38,607 bases of DNA from Thermoproteota archaeon. GTDB taxonomy: Archaea; Asgardarchaeota; Jordiarchaeia; Jordiarchaeales; Freyrarchaeaceae. Shown here piece after piece: positions 1-10,646 of this stretch. Both the position numbers and the translations under genes were made by a program. How positions within the stretch are numbered: position 1 is the first letter of the stretch; each line of letters starts with the position of its first letter. Location: contig JAPDJY010000018.1 of the NCBI GenBank assembly GCA_029258835.1, positions 1 to 38,607 on the forward strand, written 5' to 3'. Under the pieces are notes generated by a model, which saw only the letters and a list, made by a program, of their open reading frames with translations, made no database searches and was not told where the DNA came from.

Positions 1-819
1 GGAGGAAGGGTCAGGTTTTATAGTGGCGTAAGCTACAGGAACATTTTAGTTGTGCAGGGTGACATGAGTGGTGTGGAGTGTACTCCTCCACACGACATTA
101 CGGGGAGGAGGGTGGACGACTACCTTCCAAGGGGGGCGGGGGCAGGGTTCCTGCTGGAGCTTATGGAGGAGGCCCGGAAGGTGCTGGAGAGGCACCCCGT
201 CAACCTGGACAGGGCTCGGAAGGGGCTGAAACCTGCGAACTACATATGGCCATGGGGGCAGGGGGGTAAGCCGAGGCTGGAGGGGTTCAGGGAGAGGTTT
301 GGGGTGCGTGGAGCGGTGATATCCGCCGTCGACCTGGTGAGGGGGCTGGGGGTGCTGACAGGCTTGACGGTCATAAATGTTCCGGGGGCTACGGGGTACT
401 ATGACACGAACTATTCCGGGAAGGCTGAGTACGCGTTGAAGGCTTTAGAGGAGGGGTTAGACCTCGTCTTCATCCATGTGGAGGCTCCGGACGAGGCGGG
501 GCACGCGGGGGACGTGGAGGCGAAGATAAAGGCTATAGAGATGATAGACGGGGAGGTAGTTGGGAGGATACTGGATCGCATAGGAAGCTTGGACGAGAAG
601 TATAGGGTAGCCGTCTTAGCCGACCATCCGACGCCTATAGAGGTAAGGACGCACACGCGTGACCCGGTGCCGGTGGCGGTGATGTCGAGCGGCGAGGAGG
701 GGGATGAAGTCTCCGAGTTCGACGAGTTCTCGGCGAGGAAGGGAGCCCTAGGACTCCTCAAAGGGGAAAGGTTCATGGAGTTGTTCATAAGGAGGCCGCT
801 TAAAGCCTGTCCACGTTGA
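1..819 (+). CDS. apgM: Cofactor-independent phosphoglycerate mutase (archaeal type), 5'-truncated by the window edge
   Basis: Frame is open from base 1 (GGRVRFYSGVSYRNILV). Motifs TPPHDI, ANYIWPWGQG, VPGATGYYDTNY, HVEAPDEAGHAGD, ADHPTP..RTHTRDPVP. Confidence 0.92.
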   Translation, partial: GGRVRFYSGVSYRNILVVQGDMSGVECTPPHDITGRRVDDYLPRGAGAGFLLELMEEARKVLERHPVNLDRARKGLKPANYIWPWGQGGKPRLEGFRERFGVRGAVISAVDLVRGLGVLTGLTVINVPGATGYYDTNYSGKAEYALKALEEGLDLVFIHVEAPDEAGHAGDVEAKIKAIEMIDGEVVGRILDRIGSLDEKYRVAVLADHPTPIEVRTHTRDPVPVAVMSSGEEGDEVSEFDEFSARKGALGLLKGERFMELFIRRPLKACPR

Positions 820-951
820 CTTGTCCACGCAGAGGAGCGTGGAGGCGCCTATCCTCCTTCCAGCTGGCTTGGAGAGAATGCACGTGTAATGCAAAAGTCT
901 TAAATTTGTGTTCTGTTTAGGCGGTAAGTAAAGGGGCAAGGGGATTCTTGC

Positions 952-2469
952 ATGTTTGCGGAGAAGCTTGGGATCGACTACGAGTGCGAGCTGAACGAGT
1001 ATTTGGCATTCGACGACGTGTCCCTCCTGCCGTCTGAGAGCAGGGTGGAGCCCTTCGAGGTCGACCTTTCCACTTGGCTGACCCCCGAACACCTCCTTGC
1101 AGTCCCCATCCTGTCGTCTCCCATGGATAGGGTTACCGAGGCCGAGATGTGCATTGCCCTCGCCAGGGAGGGCGGGCTCGGGGTGCTTCACAGGAACTGC
1201 TCCATCGAGGAAGAAGTTGAGATGGTTAAGAGGGTTAAGAGGGAGGAGATTTCAGGCATCATCCGTGACCCTGTCACGATAACGCCTGAGACGCCGCTGC
1301 CCGAAGTTGTCAAGCTGATGCAAGAGAAGCACATATCCGGGCTGCCCGTGGTTGACAGGTCAGGGGAGCTCGTGGGGATAATAACCAAGAGGGATGTCCT
1401 AGCAGCCAAGCCGGGGTCCCTGGTCAGGGACGAGATGACCCCTCGGGAGAGGCTTGTAACCTGCTATGAGAGGGAGATACTCTCGGATGGAGAGCTCAGG
1501 ACGGACAAGGTGAAGGAGATCCTCCACGAGAACAGAATAGAGAAGCTGCTGGTGCTGAACGATGAGGGACGCCTCTCCGGGCTGGTCACCTTCAAGGATA
1601 TTTTAAGGCTTGAGGAAAACCCCTATGTGTCCAGGGACGCTGAGGGGCGCCTCATGGTCGGAGCAGCCATAAGCCCCTTCGACAGGGAGAGAGCGTTAGC
1701 CCTCGACAAGGTCGGCGTCGACGTCCTAGTGGTTGACGTGGCACACGGGTTAAACATGAAGGCTGTAAGGTCCATGGAGAAGATATCGAAGGATGTTAAC
1801 GCGTGGATAATCTATGGTAACATAGCCACCCGCGAGGCGGCAGAGGAAATCATATCCAGCGACATAAGCAACCTTGCAGGGCTCAGGGTTGGGCTTGGGG
1901 GAGGGAGCATATGCCTCACAACCCACGTTACAGGGGTGGGGGTTCCAACCCTTACAGCCGCAGCCCTGGTGGCGGACGCGGTTCGTGAGCAAAGGGCCAA
2001 GCTGAGCGTTATAGCTGACGGCGGGATAAGGAACAGCGGCGACATTGTTAAGGCTTTAGGGGCTGGGGCAAGCGCCGTAATGTGCGGCTACCTCTTCGCC
2101 GGAACCGACGAGGCTCCAAGCGAGAAGGTGTACATAAGAGGGGTCCCCATGAAGAGGTACAGGGGGATGGCTTCCCCCTCGGCCATGAAGGACAGGTACG
2201 CGGCTGACAGGTACGCTAGGAAGGTTAAAGAGGTTCCTGAGGGGGTTGAGGGAGTGGTCCCCTACAGGGGATCGGTGAGGTCTGTCGTGAGGGACTTAGT
2301 GGCGGCCATGCAGGCAGGATTCGGCTACGTGGGGGCAAGGAACATAGAGGAGCTCTGGAGGAAGGCTAGGTTCAGCAAGAGGACCATGATTGGAATGCGT
2401 GAAGCGCTCCCCCATGACGTGCTCCCCGAACCTCAGTTCCCAGAAAAATACGAGAAATTATGGTTTTAG
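952..2469 (+). CDS. guaB: Inosine-5'-monophosphate dehydrogenase with CBS pair
   Basis: FDDVSLLP, SSPMDRVTE, GGLGVLHRN, CBS domains, catalytic GGGSICLT, IADGGIRNSGDIVKAL, YRGMAS, PEGVEGVVPYRG. Confidence 0.95.
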   Translation: MFAEKLGIDYECELNEYLAFDDVSLLPSESRVEPFEVDLSTWLTPEHLLAVPILSSPMDRVTEAEMCIALAREGGLGVLHRNCSIEEEVEMVKRVKREEISGIIRDPVTITPETPLPEVVKLMQEKHISGLPVVDRSGELVGIITKRDVLAAKPGSLVRDEMTPRERLVTCYEREILSDGELRTDKVKEILHENRIEKLLVLNDEGRLSGLVTFKDILRLEENPYVSRDAEGRLMVGAAISPFDRERALALDKVGVDVLVVDVAHGLNMKAVRSMEKISKDVNAWIIYGNIATREAAEEIISSDISNLAGLRVGLGGGSICLTTHVTGVGVPTLTAAALVADAVREQRAKLSVIADGGIRNSGDIVKALGAGASAVMCGYLFAGTDEAPSEKVYIRGVPMKRYRGMASPSAMKDRYAADRYARKVKEVPEGVEGVVPYRGSVRSVVRDLVAAMQAGFGYVGARNIEELWRKARFSKRTMIGMREALPHDVLPEPQFPEKYEKLWF

Positions 2470-3350
2470 GTTCCAGCCTCCCGGTGGAGGGTTTGAAGCT
2501 CCGGCAAATACTTAGGCCGGTTCTGCCTCCAGACGTCCTGAAGCATGCCCCAAACCGGTTTGAGGTGGTAGGGGACATATGCGTGCTGAGGCTGAGAAGG
2601 GAGGTTCTCCCTTACGCCCAAAGGATAGGGGAGGCATTGATTAGGACAGTCTCCGGAGTGAGGGTGGTGGCGGTAAGAACGGGAGCTACCTCAGGTGAGG
2701 AGAGAGTTGCCCCCTTAATGGTTGTCGCCGGCGAGGAGAGGACGGAAACAGTTCACAGGGAGCATGGCTGCCTCTTCAGGGTTGACCTCTCCAAGGTTTA
2801 CTTTACGCCGAAGCTGTCCTTCGAACATCAACGTGTAGCCCTCCAGGTGAAGCCCGGCGAGACGGTTTTCAACATGTTCTCGGGTGTTGGAGGCTTCTCC
2901 ATACCCATAGCTAGGAGGGTGGAGTGCAGAGTTTACTCGGTTGACGTTAACCCTTACGCCATCCGCTACCTGAAGGAGAATATCGCCCTCAACCGTGTTG
3001 AGGGGAGGGTTATCCCCGTGCTCGGGGACGCAGCCGAGTTCACCCCTCCAGCCCCGGTCGACAGGGTTCTCATGCCCCTCCCGGCTAAGGCGTACGATTA
3101 CCTGGGGCACGCCGTGGGAACCGTTAAAAACGGCGGAGTCATACATTATTATGACGTGGTTGTTGAGAAGGGTGGAAGCCCGCTGAGGGAGCTGGAGTGG
3201 AAGGTTGTGGATAAGCTGGAGAAGTTGGGGTTTAACGCTGAGGTGGTTTACGGTAGATGCATGAGGAGCATAGCCCCAAGGCGGAGGCTCGCGGTCCTAG
3301 ACGTCAAGGTCAGGAAGGACTCCGGAGGAAGGAGGAGCGTTGCCGGGTAG
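2460..3350 (+). CDS. trm5: Trm5/Taw2-family class I SAM-dependent tRNA methyltransferase
   Basis: EVVGDI, ETVHREHGCLFRVDLSKVYF, NMFSGVGGF SAM motif, DVNPYA, DRVLMPLP. Confidence 0.85.
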   Translation: MVLGSSLPVEGLKLRQILRPVLPPDVLKHAPNRFEVVGDICVLRLRREVLPYAQRIGEALIRTVSGVRVVAVRTGATSGEERVAPLMVVAGEERTETVHREHGCLFRVDLSKVYFTPKLSFEHQRVALQVKPGETVFNMFSGVGGFSIPIARRVECRVYSVDVNPYAIRYLKENIALNRVEGRVIPVLGDAAEFTPPAPVDRVLMPLPAKAYDYLGHAVGTVKNGGVIHYYDVVVEKGGSPLRELEWKVVDKLEKLGFNAEVVYGRCMRSIAPRRRLAVLDVKVRKDSGGRRSVAG

Positions 3351-5001
3351 GAAAGGCCTAGAGGAGCTGCTTACGCTCCTAAGGAAAGGTGAGGGGGTAA
3401 ACGTCGAGTTTAAGAGGAAGCTGTCCCCGGACATGGATGAAGGTAAGAGGCAGAAGCTCCTAGCTAGGCTTAAGTTCATGACGAGCGAGGGGGAGGGCAT
3501 CCTAGTCGTCGGAGTAGACGACATAAAAGGGAGGAGGTGGGAGGTCTACGGGTTGAGGAGGGGGGAGGTTAGAAGCAGCGATGAAAGCGTAAGGGAGCTC
3601 TGCGGGGAGGCGGGAATTAAGGTTAAGGAAAGGAAGGTTTTCAGGACTGAGAAGGGCTTCGTCGTGGAGTACGTCCTGGAAAGGGAGGAGGTAGAGGTTA
3701 ACGAGGTCATATCGCTAAGCTTCGCCGGGAGAGTTAACGCTGGGAAGAGCACCCTCATAGGGGTTCTGCTGGGGGGTAGGCTGGACGACGGGAGGGGAGG
3801 GGCTAGAGCGTACCTTCTAAAGCACCCACAAGAACTGAAGAGGGGGCAGACAGCGGACCTGCACTACGCCTTCATAGGGTTTAACGGTAGGGGGGAAATG
3901 ATAGGGTATGAGAACCCCCTCAGCAAGGAGGAGCGCGCGAGAGTACTAGACCAAGCTAAGAGGATAGTGACCTTGGTTGACGCTCCCGGCCACTCGGAGT
4001 ACCTTAAAAGCATGATAAGGTCTATTCTTGGCTCCGACTCGCAATACGGCGCGGTGCTGATCCCTGCAGGCGACGAGTACAAGCTCCTAGTGGCGGAGGA
4101 GGGCAGAAGAGGGATAGCTAGGCTTGACGACATAACACGTGAGCACATGCTCCTGATGGCAAGCAGGGACGTACCCTTCATGGTTGTCCTCTCCAAGGTG
4201 GACTCGGTGGCACCGGAGGCGCTCGAGAAGGTTAGAAGCGTGGTTAGGAGGACGATAAAGGAGATCGGGCGTGTGCCATTCTGGGTGAGGGAGAGAGAGG
4301 ACATTGAGGTCGTCAGGAAGGAGATCACCCATAGGATACTGGTCCCGGTCGTCGAGGTGAGCTGCGTCACAGGCGAAGGCTTGGACGTCTTCAAGAAGCT
4401 TCTATCAGCGCTCCCGGTTAGGATCTCTGACGAGTTAGCTTACAAGCCAGCCTTAGCCTACATAGACAAGGTGTACAGGAGGATAAGGGGGACGAACGTG
4501 GTGGTCACTGGAACCGTTAAGCAGGGTATCTTCAAGCCCGAGCAGAACGTTAAGGTGGGGCCGGACGGGGACGGGGTGTTCCGCAAGGGATGGATCGCCT
4601 CGGTTGAGGTGTTCTGCGAACGGGTTCCACGCGTTAGGCCAGGTGAAATGTTCGGCTTCGACATTAAAAGGGTAGACCCCGGGGTCGTCAGGAGGGGTCA
4701 GGTCGTGGCCGACGTGGACATGGAGCTGGCTGCTTGCAGGGAGTTCGAGGCGAAAATAGTCGTCACACGCCACCCGACAAGGATAACGCCCGGGTACTCC
4801 CCCGTCCTCCACTGCAACACGGTAAGCCAAACGGTGGTTTTCGAAGAAATAAAGGGTAAAGACTACCTTGTCGTAGGGGACTACGCGGAGGTGAGGTTAA
4901 GGTTGAAGTACCGCCCCGAATACATCACGGTGGGAGACAGGATAGTGACGCGTGAAGGCACCACGAGAACCATAGGCAGGGTGACGAGGATCATAGAGTA
5001 A
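3340..5001 (+). CDS. GTPBP1/2-family translational GTPase (EF-1alpha-like) with N-terminal AlbA_2-like domain
   Basis: N-terminal GEGVNVEFKRKL..EGEGILVVGVDD; G1 GRVNAGKST; G2 HPQELKRGQT; G3 DAPGH; G4 SKVD; EF-Tu domain II/III-like C-terminus. Confidence 0.88.
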   Translation: MPGRKGLEELLTLLRKGEGVNVEFKRKLSPDMDEGKRQKLLARLKFMTSEGEGILVVGVDDIKGRRWEVYGLRRGEVRSSDESVRELCGEAGIKVKERKVFRTEKGFVVEYVLEREEVEVNEVISLSFAGRVNAGKSTLIGVLLGGRLDDGRGGARAYLLKHPQELKRGQTADLHYAFIGFNGRGEMIGYENPLSKEERARVLDQAKRIVTLVDAPGHSEYLKSMIRSILGSDSQYGAVLIPAGDEYKLLVAEEGRRGIARLDDITREHMLLMASRDVPFMVVLSKVDSVAPEALEKVRSVVRRTIKEIGRVPFWVREREDIEVVRKEITHRILVPVVEVSCVTGEGLDVFKKLLSALPVRISDELAYKPALAYIDKVYRRIRGTNVVVTGTVKQGIFKPEQNVKVGPDGDGVFRKGWIASVEVFCERVPRVRPGEMFGFDIKRVDPGVVRRGQVVADVDMELAACREFEAKIVVTRHPTRITPGYSPVLHCNTVSQTVVFEEIKGKDYLVVGDYAEVRLRLKYRPEYITVGDRIVTREGTTRTIGRVTRIIE

Positions 5002-5166
5002 CATTAAAATTTAGTTGTTGCTCTGCGGCTCAGGTTGACGCGGGTTTACCCGGGGGGACGGCGGAGACGCGAGGTAGCCGAGCCAGCAGTTTTCCATTTA
5101 AAATTTGCCTTCAACCCTGAGCGGGGGCCTTTCCATGTTTGGGCGGCTACCCGAGTTACTGGGCTG

Positions 5167-5819
5167 CTATGGGATCTGGGAGACGTGGATTACGGTTTCC
5201 GGTATTTCCCTTCGAGTTTTTCTATGAGCTTCCTGTCCGCCGTGTAGAGCTTCGTGTTCAGGGTTGCCGCGAGGGCTACGTGGAAGGAGTCGTAGACCGT
5301 CACGTCCACGGCCGTCTCCACAGTTTTCTCGGTTAGCTCCCCTCGAAGGGTGGAGCTCTATGCCGTAGCTTGAAGGTGAGAGGGCGGCGGCCCCGAGCTC
5401 CTCCACCCTAAACAGGTTACTGTGCTTTAGAGCGTTCAAGACTTCGAAGGGGAGCAGCTCTGAAGCAGCTATGGTAGCTCCCCGTTCACGCGCGTGTCCC
5501 TCAACTTCAAGGCCTTATCGGAGTCCTCCTCGATGAACCACTTAACCATCACGCTGGCGTCGCCCACCACCCTCCCATAGCGATGCTCCTTCCAGTACCT
5601 TATGGCGGCGACGCTGCTCCACCCCTCAGGCGCCCTCTTCCCCACTTTCTTGTTCAGCAGGACAGCCATCGCAAGGCTCCTTCCCTCCTCCGCCTCTAAC
5701 ACCCCCATTATCGCCTTCCCAACGACCCCACTCCGGTTGACATGCCCCAACCTCTCCATGCGCCTCTTAACGTCGCCGCTCACCCTAACGCTGACAGCGG
5801 GCGACGGCAAACCCCGCAA
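5167..5819 (-). pseudogene. Decayed VapBC module: RHH antitoxin fused into a frameshifted PIN toxin
   Basis: Antitoxin-like VSVRVSGDVKRRMERL runs into the PIN start VVGDASVMVKWFIEE. The PIN continues in shifted frames (ELLPFEVLNALK; TVYDSFHVALAATLNTKLYTADRKL). At least two frameshifts. Confidence 0.8.
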
Positions 5820-5826
5820 GCAACCC

Positions 5827-5866
5827 GTAATACAAGTATTACAAAATACAAGTTACAAGTATTACA
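5827..5866. promoter_or_regulatory. Putative antitoxin operator
   Basis: Palindrome GTAATAC-AA-GTATTAC (5827-5842) and a second TACAAGTATTACA (5854-5866), immediately upstream of the RHH antitoxin. Confidence 0.55.
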
Positions 5867-6318
5867 GGTTAGACGTGTAAGATAAACGTTACGTACGCCA
5901 CGCATGGTACACCTTAAAGGGTGGGAAAAACCTCACGACGTTCCCAGCAAGAACAGCAAGCAACACCGGTATGAAGTGGGGGAGGAACGGGCGCAAAACG
6001 GCCGTAACTAGGAGGTTGAGGCTACCCGGGCAGATCGTCCTAGACGGGAAGGGGAGGGTGGGTCTGTTGCGAGGCGGAGCGTTCGTAAAAGGGGTTGTAG
6101 GTGGAGTGAGTGGACTCGTTTTCCGGGGAGGTAGGCTGTTTGTAGGGTCTCTGATGGACCGTTTAGGTTCGGCTTTACAGGCCCCATCTCCTCTGGCACC
6201 TCCTTGCATTGAACTTGGCAGCGCGAGTTGAGCTGCAAATGTGGGTGGGTAAAGAAAAGAGATATAAGAGGAAGGGTGGATTGATGGTTTTTAGTGTTTC
6301 ACTCTGTGGGGTGTTGGC

Positions 6319-7479
6319 GTGGAGAAATGGGACGTCGTGGTTGTCGGGTCTGGCCCCGCTGGGAGCATGACTGCCATGAAGGCTGCTGAGGGTGGGGCTA
6401 AAACCCTCGTCTTGGAGAGGCAGAAGCTTCCAAGGTTTAAGCTTTGCGGAGGAGGGGTTGCAGCGTGGGTCATAAAGAAGCTTAGGGTTCCGGAGAGCGT
6501 CATCGACAGGGAATACAAGGTTTTAGAGTACTACGCTCCGCCAGACTATAAGGCGTTAAGGCTTCCCATTCCAGCAAGCTACTACGGTGTCTACAGGGAT
6601 AGGTTTGACCGTTTCCTGTTGAGCCTCGCTGAGGAGGCGGGGGCAACGGTTAGGGAGAAAGTGAAAGTTGTCGATGTTGTTATGGAGGAAGGGTGGGTTA
6701 AGGGGGTTGTGACAGGCAATGGTGAAAAGATAATGAGTGACGTTGTCGTAGCGTGCGATGGCGCCCTTTCAACCGTCGCTAGGAAAAGCGGTTTCTGGGA
6801 TGTCTGGTTCACTTCTAAGGGGGAAAACTGGAGGGAGCACATGTCCTTCTGCGTTGGCGTCGAGGTTGAGATGGACGATGAGGTCATAGATGAAAGGTTT
6901 GGGGACTCATACCTTTTCTTCACGGGGGAGGACGTTGCCCCCATAGGTTACGCTTGGATCTTCCCGAAGAAGGGGAGGCTCAGCGTCGGCTTGGGAAGCC
7001 TCGTTGAAACGTTTAAGGAGAAGCCTAAAGAGTACATTACGAGGTTTATTAGGGAGCACCCCGTGGCCTCCAAGCTTTTAGAGGGGGGGAGGCCTAGCCC
7101 GGTTAAGGGAGCATACATCCCCACCAGCCACCCTTACAAGCCCTCGTACGGGGCAGGAGTGCTCTTCGCAGGAGACTCGGCGGGCATGGTTAGCCCGATC
7201 ACCGGTGAAGGGATATTCTACGCTGTGAGGGCTGGGATGGATGCGGGGGTGACCGCCGCCGAAGCCGTAAGCGAAGGGGATTTTTCAGCCGAGTTCCTCT
7301 CAAGGTACGAGGAGAGGTGGGAGGAGCACATAGGAAAACACTTAGACTTTCAGGCTGAACTCTTCCGGGAGGCGGTGGGGAAAATAAGGGAGGGAGGAGA
7401 CTTTGGCGCGGAGCTCATTAACGCGTTCGCGAGGCTCATCCAGTACCTTTCAGAGTACGCCAGTAAGAAAAGAAAGTAG
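6319..7479 (+). CDS. Geranylgeranyl-reductase-family FAD/NAD(P) oxidoreductase
   Basis: DVVVVGSGPAG, PRFKLCGGG, ACDGALS, GYAWIFPK, AGDSAGMVSPITGEGIFYA. Confidence 0.9.
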   Translation: MEKWDVVVVGSGPAGSMTAMKAAEGGAKTLVLERQKLPRFKLCGGGVAAWVIKKLRVPESVIDREYKVLEYYAPPDYKALRLPIPASYYGVYRDRFDRFLLSLAEEAGATVREKVKVVDVVMEEGWVKGVVTGNGEKIMSDVVVACDGALSTVARKSGFWDVWFTSKGENWREHMSFCVGVEVEMDDEVIDERFGDSYLFFTGEDVAPIGYAWIFPKKGRLSVGLGSLVETFKEKPKEYITRFIREHPVASKLLEGGRPSPVKGAYIPTSHPYKPSYGAGVLFAGDSAGMVSPITGEGIFYAVRAGMDAGVTAAEAVSEGDFSAEFLSRYEERWEEHIGKHLDFQAELFREAVGKIREGGDFGAELINAFARLIQYLSEYASKKRK

Positions 7480-7491
7480 CTTGCTTTCATT

Positions 7492-8064
7492 CTACTCTGT
7501 TAGGGTGACGCCGGCGTCCTCGAGCATTTCAGCTTGGAAGCCGTACCACCAGTCTGGAACGTAAACCAAGTCGCTTCTCCTAATCTCCTTGAAGGCCCTC
7601 ACTTCCTGCACCTCCCGACCGGCACGCAGCTTTCCACCGACAGCCCTGGTTGAGAAGGCGACCAGTACGGCGTCGGCGGCCTGCCCCCCACATTTAAACC
7701 TGAAAACGTACACTCCTAGGAGGCGCTCGACTTCAACGTCTAACCCCGTCTCCTCCTTCACCTCTCTAACAGCGGTCTCCTCGTACTCCTCTCCCTCCTC
7801 CGGCTTTCCACCTGCAAGCATCCATTCCCCCCCAACGTGTTCACGCAATTTCCCCTCGTTATCCCTCACCGTTACAGGCTTCCTTATCATGACCACTCCA
7901 TCATCGGATTTGACGACGGCTACAACCCTAATCCACCTCTCAGAGTTAAAGTAGTCGAAGATCTCCCTTACCACAGGGATCTCTACAATCCTGAAGCGGG
8001 CGTTCTCATACCTTGAAAGTAGCCTGCTTAAGGATTCGGGAATTTCACGTTCCACCGGGATCAC
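7492..8064 (-). CDS. NUDIX hydrolase
   Basis: Nudix box GGKPEEGEEYEETAVREVKEETGL. Confidence 0.9.
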   Translation of the reverse strand: MIPVEREIPESLSRLLSRYENARFRIVEIPVVREIFDYFNSERWIRVVAVVKSDDGVVMIRKPVTVRDNEGKLREHVGGEWMLAGGKPEEGEEYEETAVREVKEETGLDVEVERLLGVYVFRFKCGGQAADAVLVAFSTRAVGGKLRAGREVQEVRAFKEIRRSDLVYVPDWWYGFQAEMLEDAGVTLTE

Positions 8065-8199
8065 CCGCTTAAGACTCGTCGCCGTGATCCTACTGGGCAG
8101 CCACGCATTTAACCTTATTTACACGTTTTACGCGTTTTCGACGGATCCTGTTGCCTGCGAGGCGGGTTAACGCTATGTTTATTTGGTTTTGCCAACAAC

Positions 8200-9147
8200 A
8201 TGAAAACAGGATGCGTGGAGGTGGAGGAGTTTAGGGCGATAGACTTCCACGTGCACCCCTTCCCCCACGTCCCCCCTGAGGAGATCCTGAAGGCTATGGA
8301 TGAAGCCGACGTTGAGAAGGCGGTTTTGCTGGCCCTAGACATAGACCCTTCAGACCTGAACATTAGGAGGGTTAGGGCCAGGGTTGAAGATACGCTCTTA
8401 AACCTTACCATGGGCTTTGTTTTCATATCATTCGGGGAGCTTGAAAAGCAGGCTTACGAGCTCATGCCCCAGTTCAGGACGGAGAACGAGTACGTGGCGA
8501 AGCTCGCTAGGCTTTGGCCGGACAGGTTCGTAGGATTCGGATCCGTTGACGTATGTAAGGGGGAGAGGTACGTCGCCAAGACCCTCAAGAAGATTAAGAG
8601 GCTGAAGCTTAAAGGGGTTAAGGTGCTGCCGACAGCACAGTTTTTTAACCCGTCTCTGGACAGGGAAATTGTAGACGCGGTGTTCAGGTTCTGTGAAAGG
8701 GAAAACCTGATTGTAATATACCATACTGGCTGCGACGTCGGAGCCTTCGAGCTCCCACACCTTGCAGGAGACGCAAACCCCATATTCCTTAACGGGGTTC
8801 TGGACGACTACCCCAACCTTAAGATCGTACTCTCCCACTTTGGAAGCTACTCTGCAAGGTACCCGAGGATATGGTTTAAGGAGTGCGTTGATATAATGAA
8901 GAAGTACGATAACACCTACGCCGACATAGCAGCGGTCCCATACCTCCTATCCGAGAGGAAAAGCGTCGAGAAGATAAGGAGGGAGGTGGGGTTCGAAAGG
9001 GTTCTCTTCGGGTCAGACTACCCTGCAGTCATCCTCGTAAACATAAAGGACGAGAAGGATGTTGTGGAAGGCTCGGAGCACCTCACCGAGCACGAAAAGG
9101 AGCTGGTGCTCTACGAGAACGCCAAGCAGCTTCTGGGAAGCCTATAA
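8200..9147 (+). CDS. Amidohydrolase_2-family metal-dependent hydrolase (start could be a downstream GTG)
   Basis: IDFHVH, YHTG, LKIVLSHFG, RVLFGSDYP, YENAKQLL. Confidence 0.88.
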   Translation: MKTGCVEVEEFRAIDFHVHPFPHVPPEEILKAMDEADVEKAVLLALDIDPSDLNIRRVRARVEDTLLNLTMGFVFISFGELEKQAYELMPQFRTENEYVAKLARLWPDRFVGFGSVDVCKGERYVAKTLKKIKRLKLKGVKVLPTAQFFNPSLDREIVDAVFRFCERENLIVIYHTGCDVGAFELPHLAGDANPIFLNGVLDDYPNLKIVLSHFGSYSARYPRIWFKECVDIMKKYDNTYADIAAVPYLLSERKSVEKIRREVGFERVLFGSDYPAVILVNIKDEKDVVEGSEHLTEHEKELVLYENAKQLLGSL

Positions 9148-9155
9148 TGCTTTAG

Positions 9156-10034
9156 GTGGTGGGACACTTGGAGGTGACGCCTCTAGCCTTTGAAAGCCTT
9201 GGAACGAGGAGCATGGCAACCCTCGTGAAGGCTAAAAAGCTAAAGATCCTTCTGGATCCGGGTGTGGCGCTAGCCCCTAGAAGGTATGGTCTGCCACCCC
9301 ACCCCGTCGAGTTGAACAGGATGAGGGAGCACTGGGAAAGGATTAAGGCTGAGGCTTCGTCGTCGCAGGTGCTGGTGGTCACCCACTACCACTACGACCA
9401 CCACAATCCCAGGGAGCCAGAGGTCTACAGGGGGAAAACGGTCTTTGTGAAGCATCCCAAAAGGAAGATCAACTTTAGCCAGAGGAAGAGGGCTGCCCTG
9501 TTCCTAAAGGAGATAGGCCCTTTAGTGGGGGAGCTAGACTACTCCGACGGTAAAGAGTTTAGCGTGGACGATGTGACCATCAGGTTTTCGGAGCCCGTGC
9601 TCCACGGGACGAGTGAGAGGCTGGGGTACGTGACGGAGGTCTCCATCTCCCATAAGGACTTCACCCTAGTCTTCACGTCCGACGTTGAGGGGCCGAGCAT
9701 CAGCGAGCAGGCGGAGTTCATCATAGATGAAGACCCAAGCTTGGTGATCTGCGACGGGCCCATGACGTACATGCTAGGCTACAGGTATGGCTACGAAAGC
9801 CTGGAGAAAACCGTTGAGAACGTGACGAAAATATTCAGTGAAACGAGGGTTAAAGACTTCATCTTCGAGCACCACCTCCTAAGAGACCTTGAGTGGAGTG
9901 AAAAGCTGGCTGAGCTCTTAAGAAGGGCTGAGGAGCTCGGAGTAACTGTTCAAACAGCCGCAGAGTACATAGGGGTAGAAAACGACTTCCTAGAGGCGAA
10001 CAGGAGGAAGCTGTGGGGGCAAGTGAGGGCTTAG
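9156..10034 (+). CDS. Metallo-beta-lactamase-fold hydrolase (UPF0282-like)
   Basis: ESLGTRSMAT, DPGVALAPRRYGLPPHP, THYHYDHH, FTSDVEGP, HHLLRD. Confidence 0.88.
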   Translation: MVGHLEVTPLAFESLGTRSMATLVKAKKLKILLDPGVALAPRRYGLPPHPVELNRMREHWERIKAEASSSQVLVVTHYHYDHHNPREPEVYRGKTVFVKHPKRKINFSQRKRAALFLKEIGPLVGELDYSDGKEFSVDDVTIRFSEPVLHGTSERLGYVTEVSISHKDFTLVFTSDVEGPSISEQAEFIIDEDPSLVICDGPMTYMLGYRYGYESLEKTVENVTKIFSETRVKDFIFEHHLLRDLEWSEKLAELLRRAEELGVTVQTAAEYIGVENDFLEANRRKLWGQVRA

Positions 10035-10109
10035 CCGGAGGGCGGAAAGCGAAAGAGCGGAAAGCAAACGGGTAAGGTGAGCAACCGGAATGAGCCGCCC
10101 CCAGCACTC

Positions 10110-10545
10110 TTCCCAGTTACAAGTAGCCCTATAACCCTAGAAGCCCCCGGCGTTCACCGGAGGGCCTCGAACACGTCCTCCATCGACTTCGATGCCCCGT
10201 TTTTCCACGCTTCTCCGGGGGCGTTCCACCATCGCGCTCAAGGCGGACGCCATCCTAGTGCCGCCTCACCCGCGCATCCTTAAGGCTCAGCCCGGCTTCC
10301 TCCAGACGGAGGAGCCGTAGAACCCTGAGCTCCGGGTTAGCATAGCTTCCTACGCCCACGCCAAGTTTTGAACCGCTTCTCCATCGTCCTCGGCAAGGCC
10401 ACGTGAAAGTCCTCCCATACCGAGCTGGGTTCAATGTGGCACCTGGCGGTGTGGGAGCCAGCTGGACGGGCATTTGCTTTTTAAGCAGCATGCTTTCCCG
10501 GGAAGCTTGTGCAGCACCGCCCACGTCCCAGTTGACCTGGTTAAC
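10110..10545 (-). pseudogene. Possible remnant of a SsuA/THI5-like ABC substrate-binding protein
   Basis: Fragments WDVGGAAQAS..MLLKKQMPVQL, KLGVGVGSYAN..LEEAGLSLKDARV and MASALSA (last in another frame) resemble the family by eye. Boundaries approximate. Confidence 0.35.
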
Positions 10546-10646
10546 AGGGTAGCTTTAGCCTTCCGGAAGGTGAGACGCACAGCGAACCAATAGCTATACC
10601 AGCATCATCCATCAGCACCCAGCCGAGGGGATGAGCCGCTTACGGG

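Noticed and set aside
3340-3700. AlbA_2-like domain fused to the GTPase as a novelty
   Set aside because: A comparable N-terminal GN(V/I)E(F/Y)K region is a normal feature of the GTPBP1/2 family.
10380-10470. GAAAGTCC as RNase P RNA
   Set aside because: No matching P4 partner or P1 helix; the region reads better as a decayed minus-strand gene.
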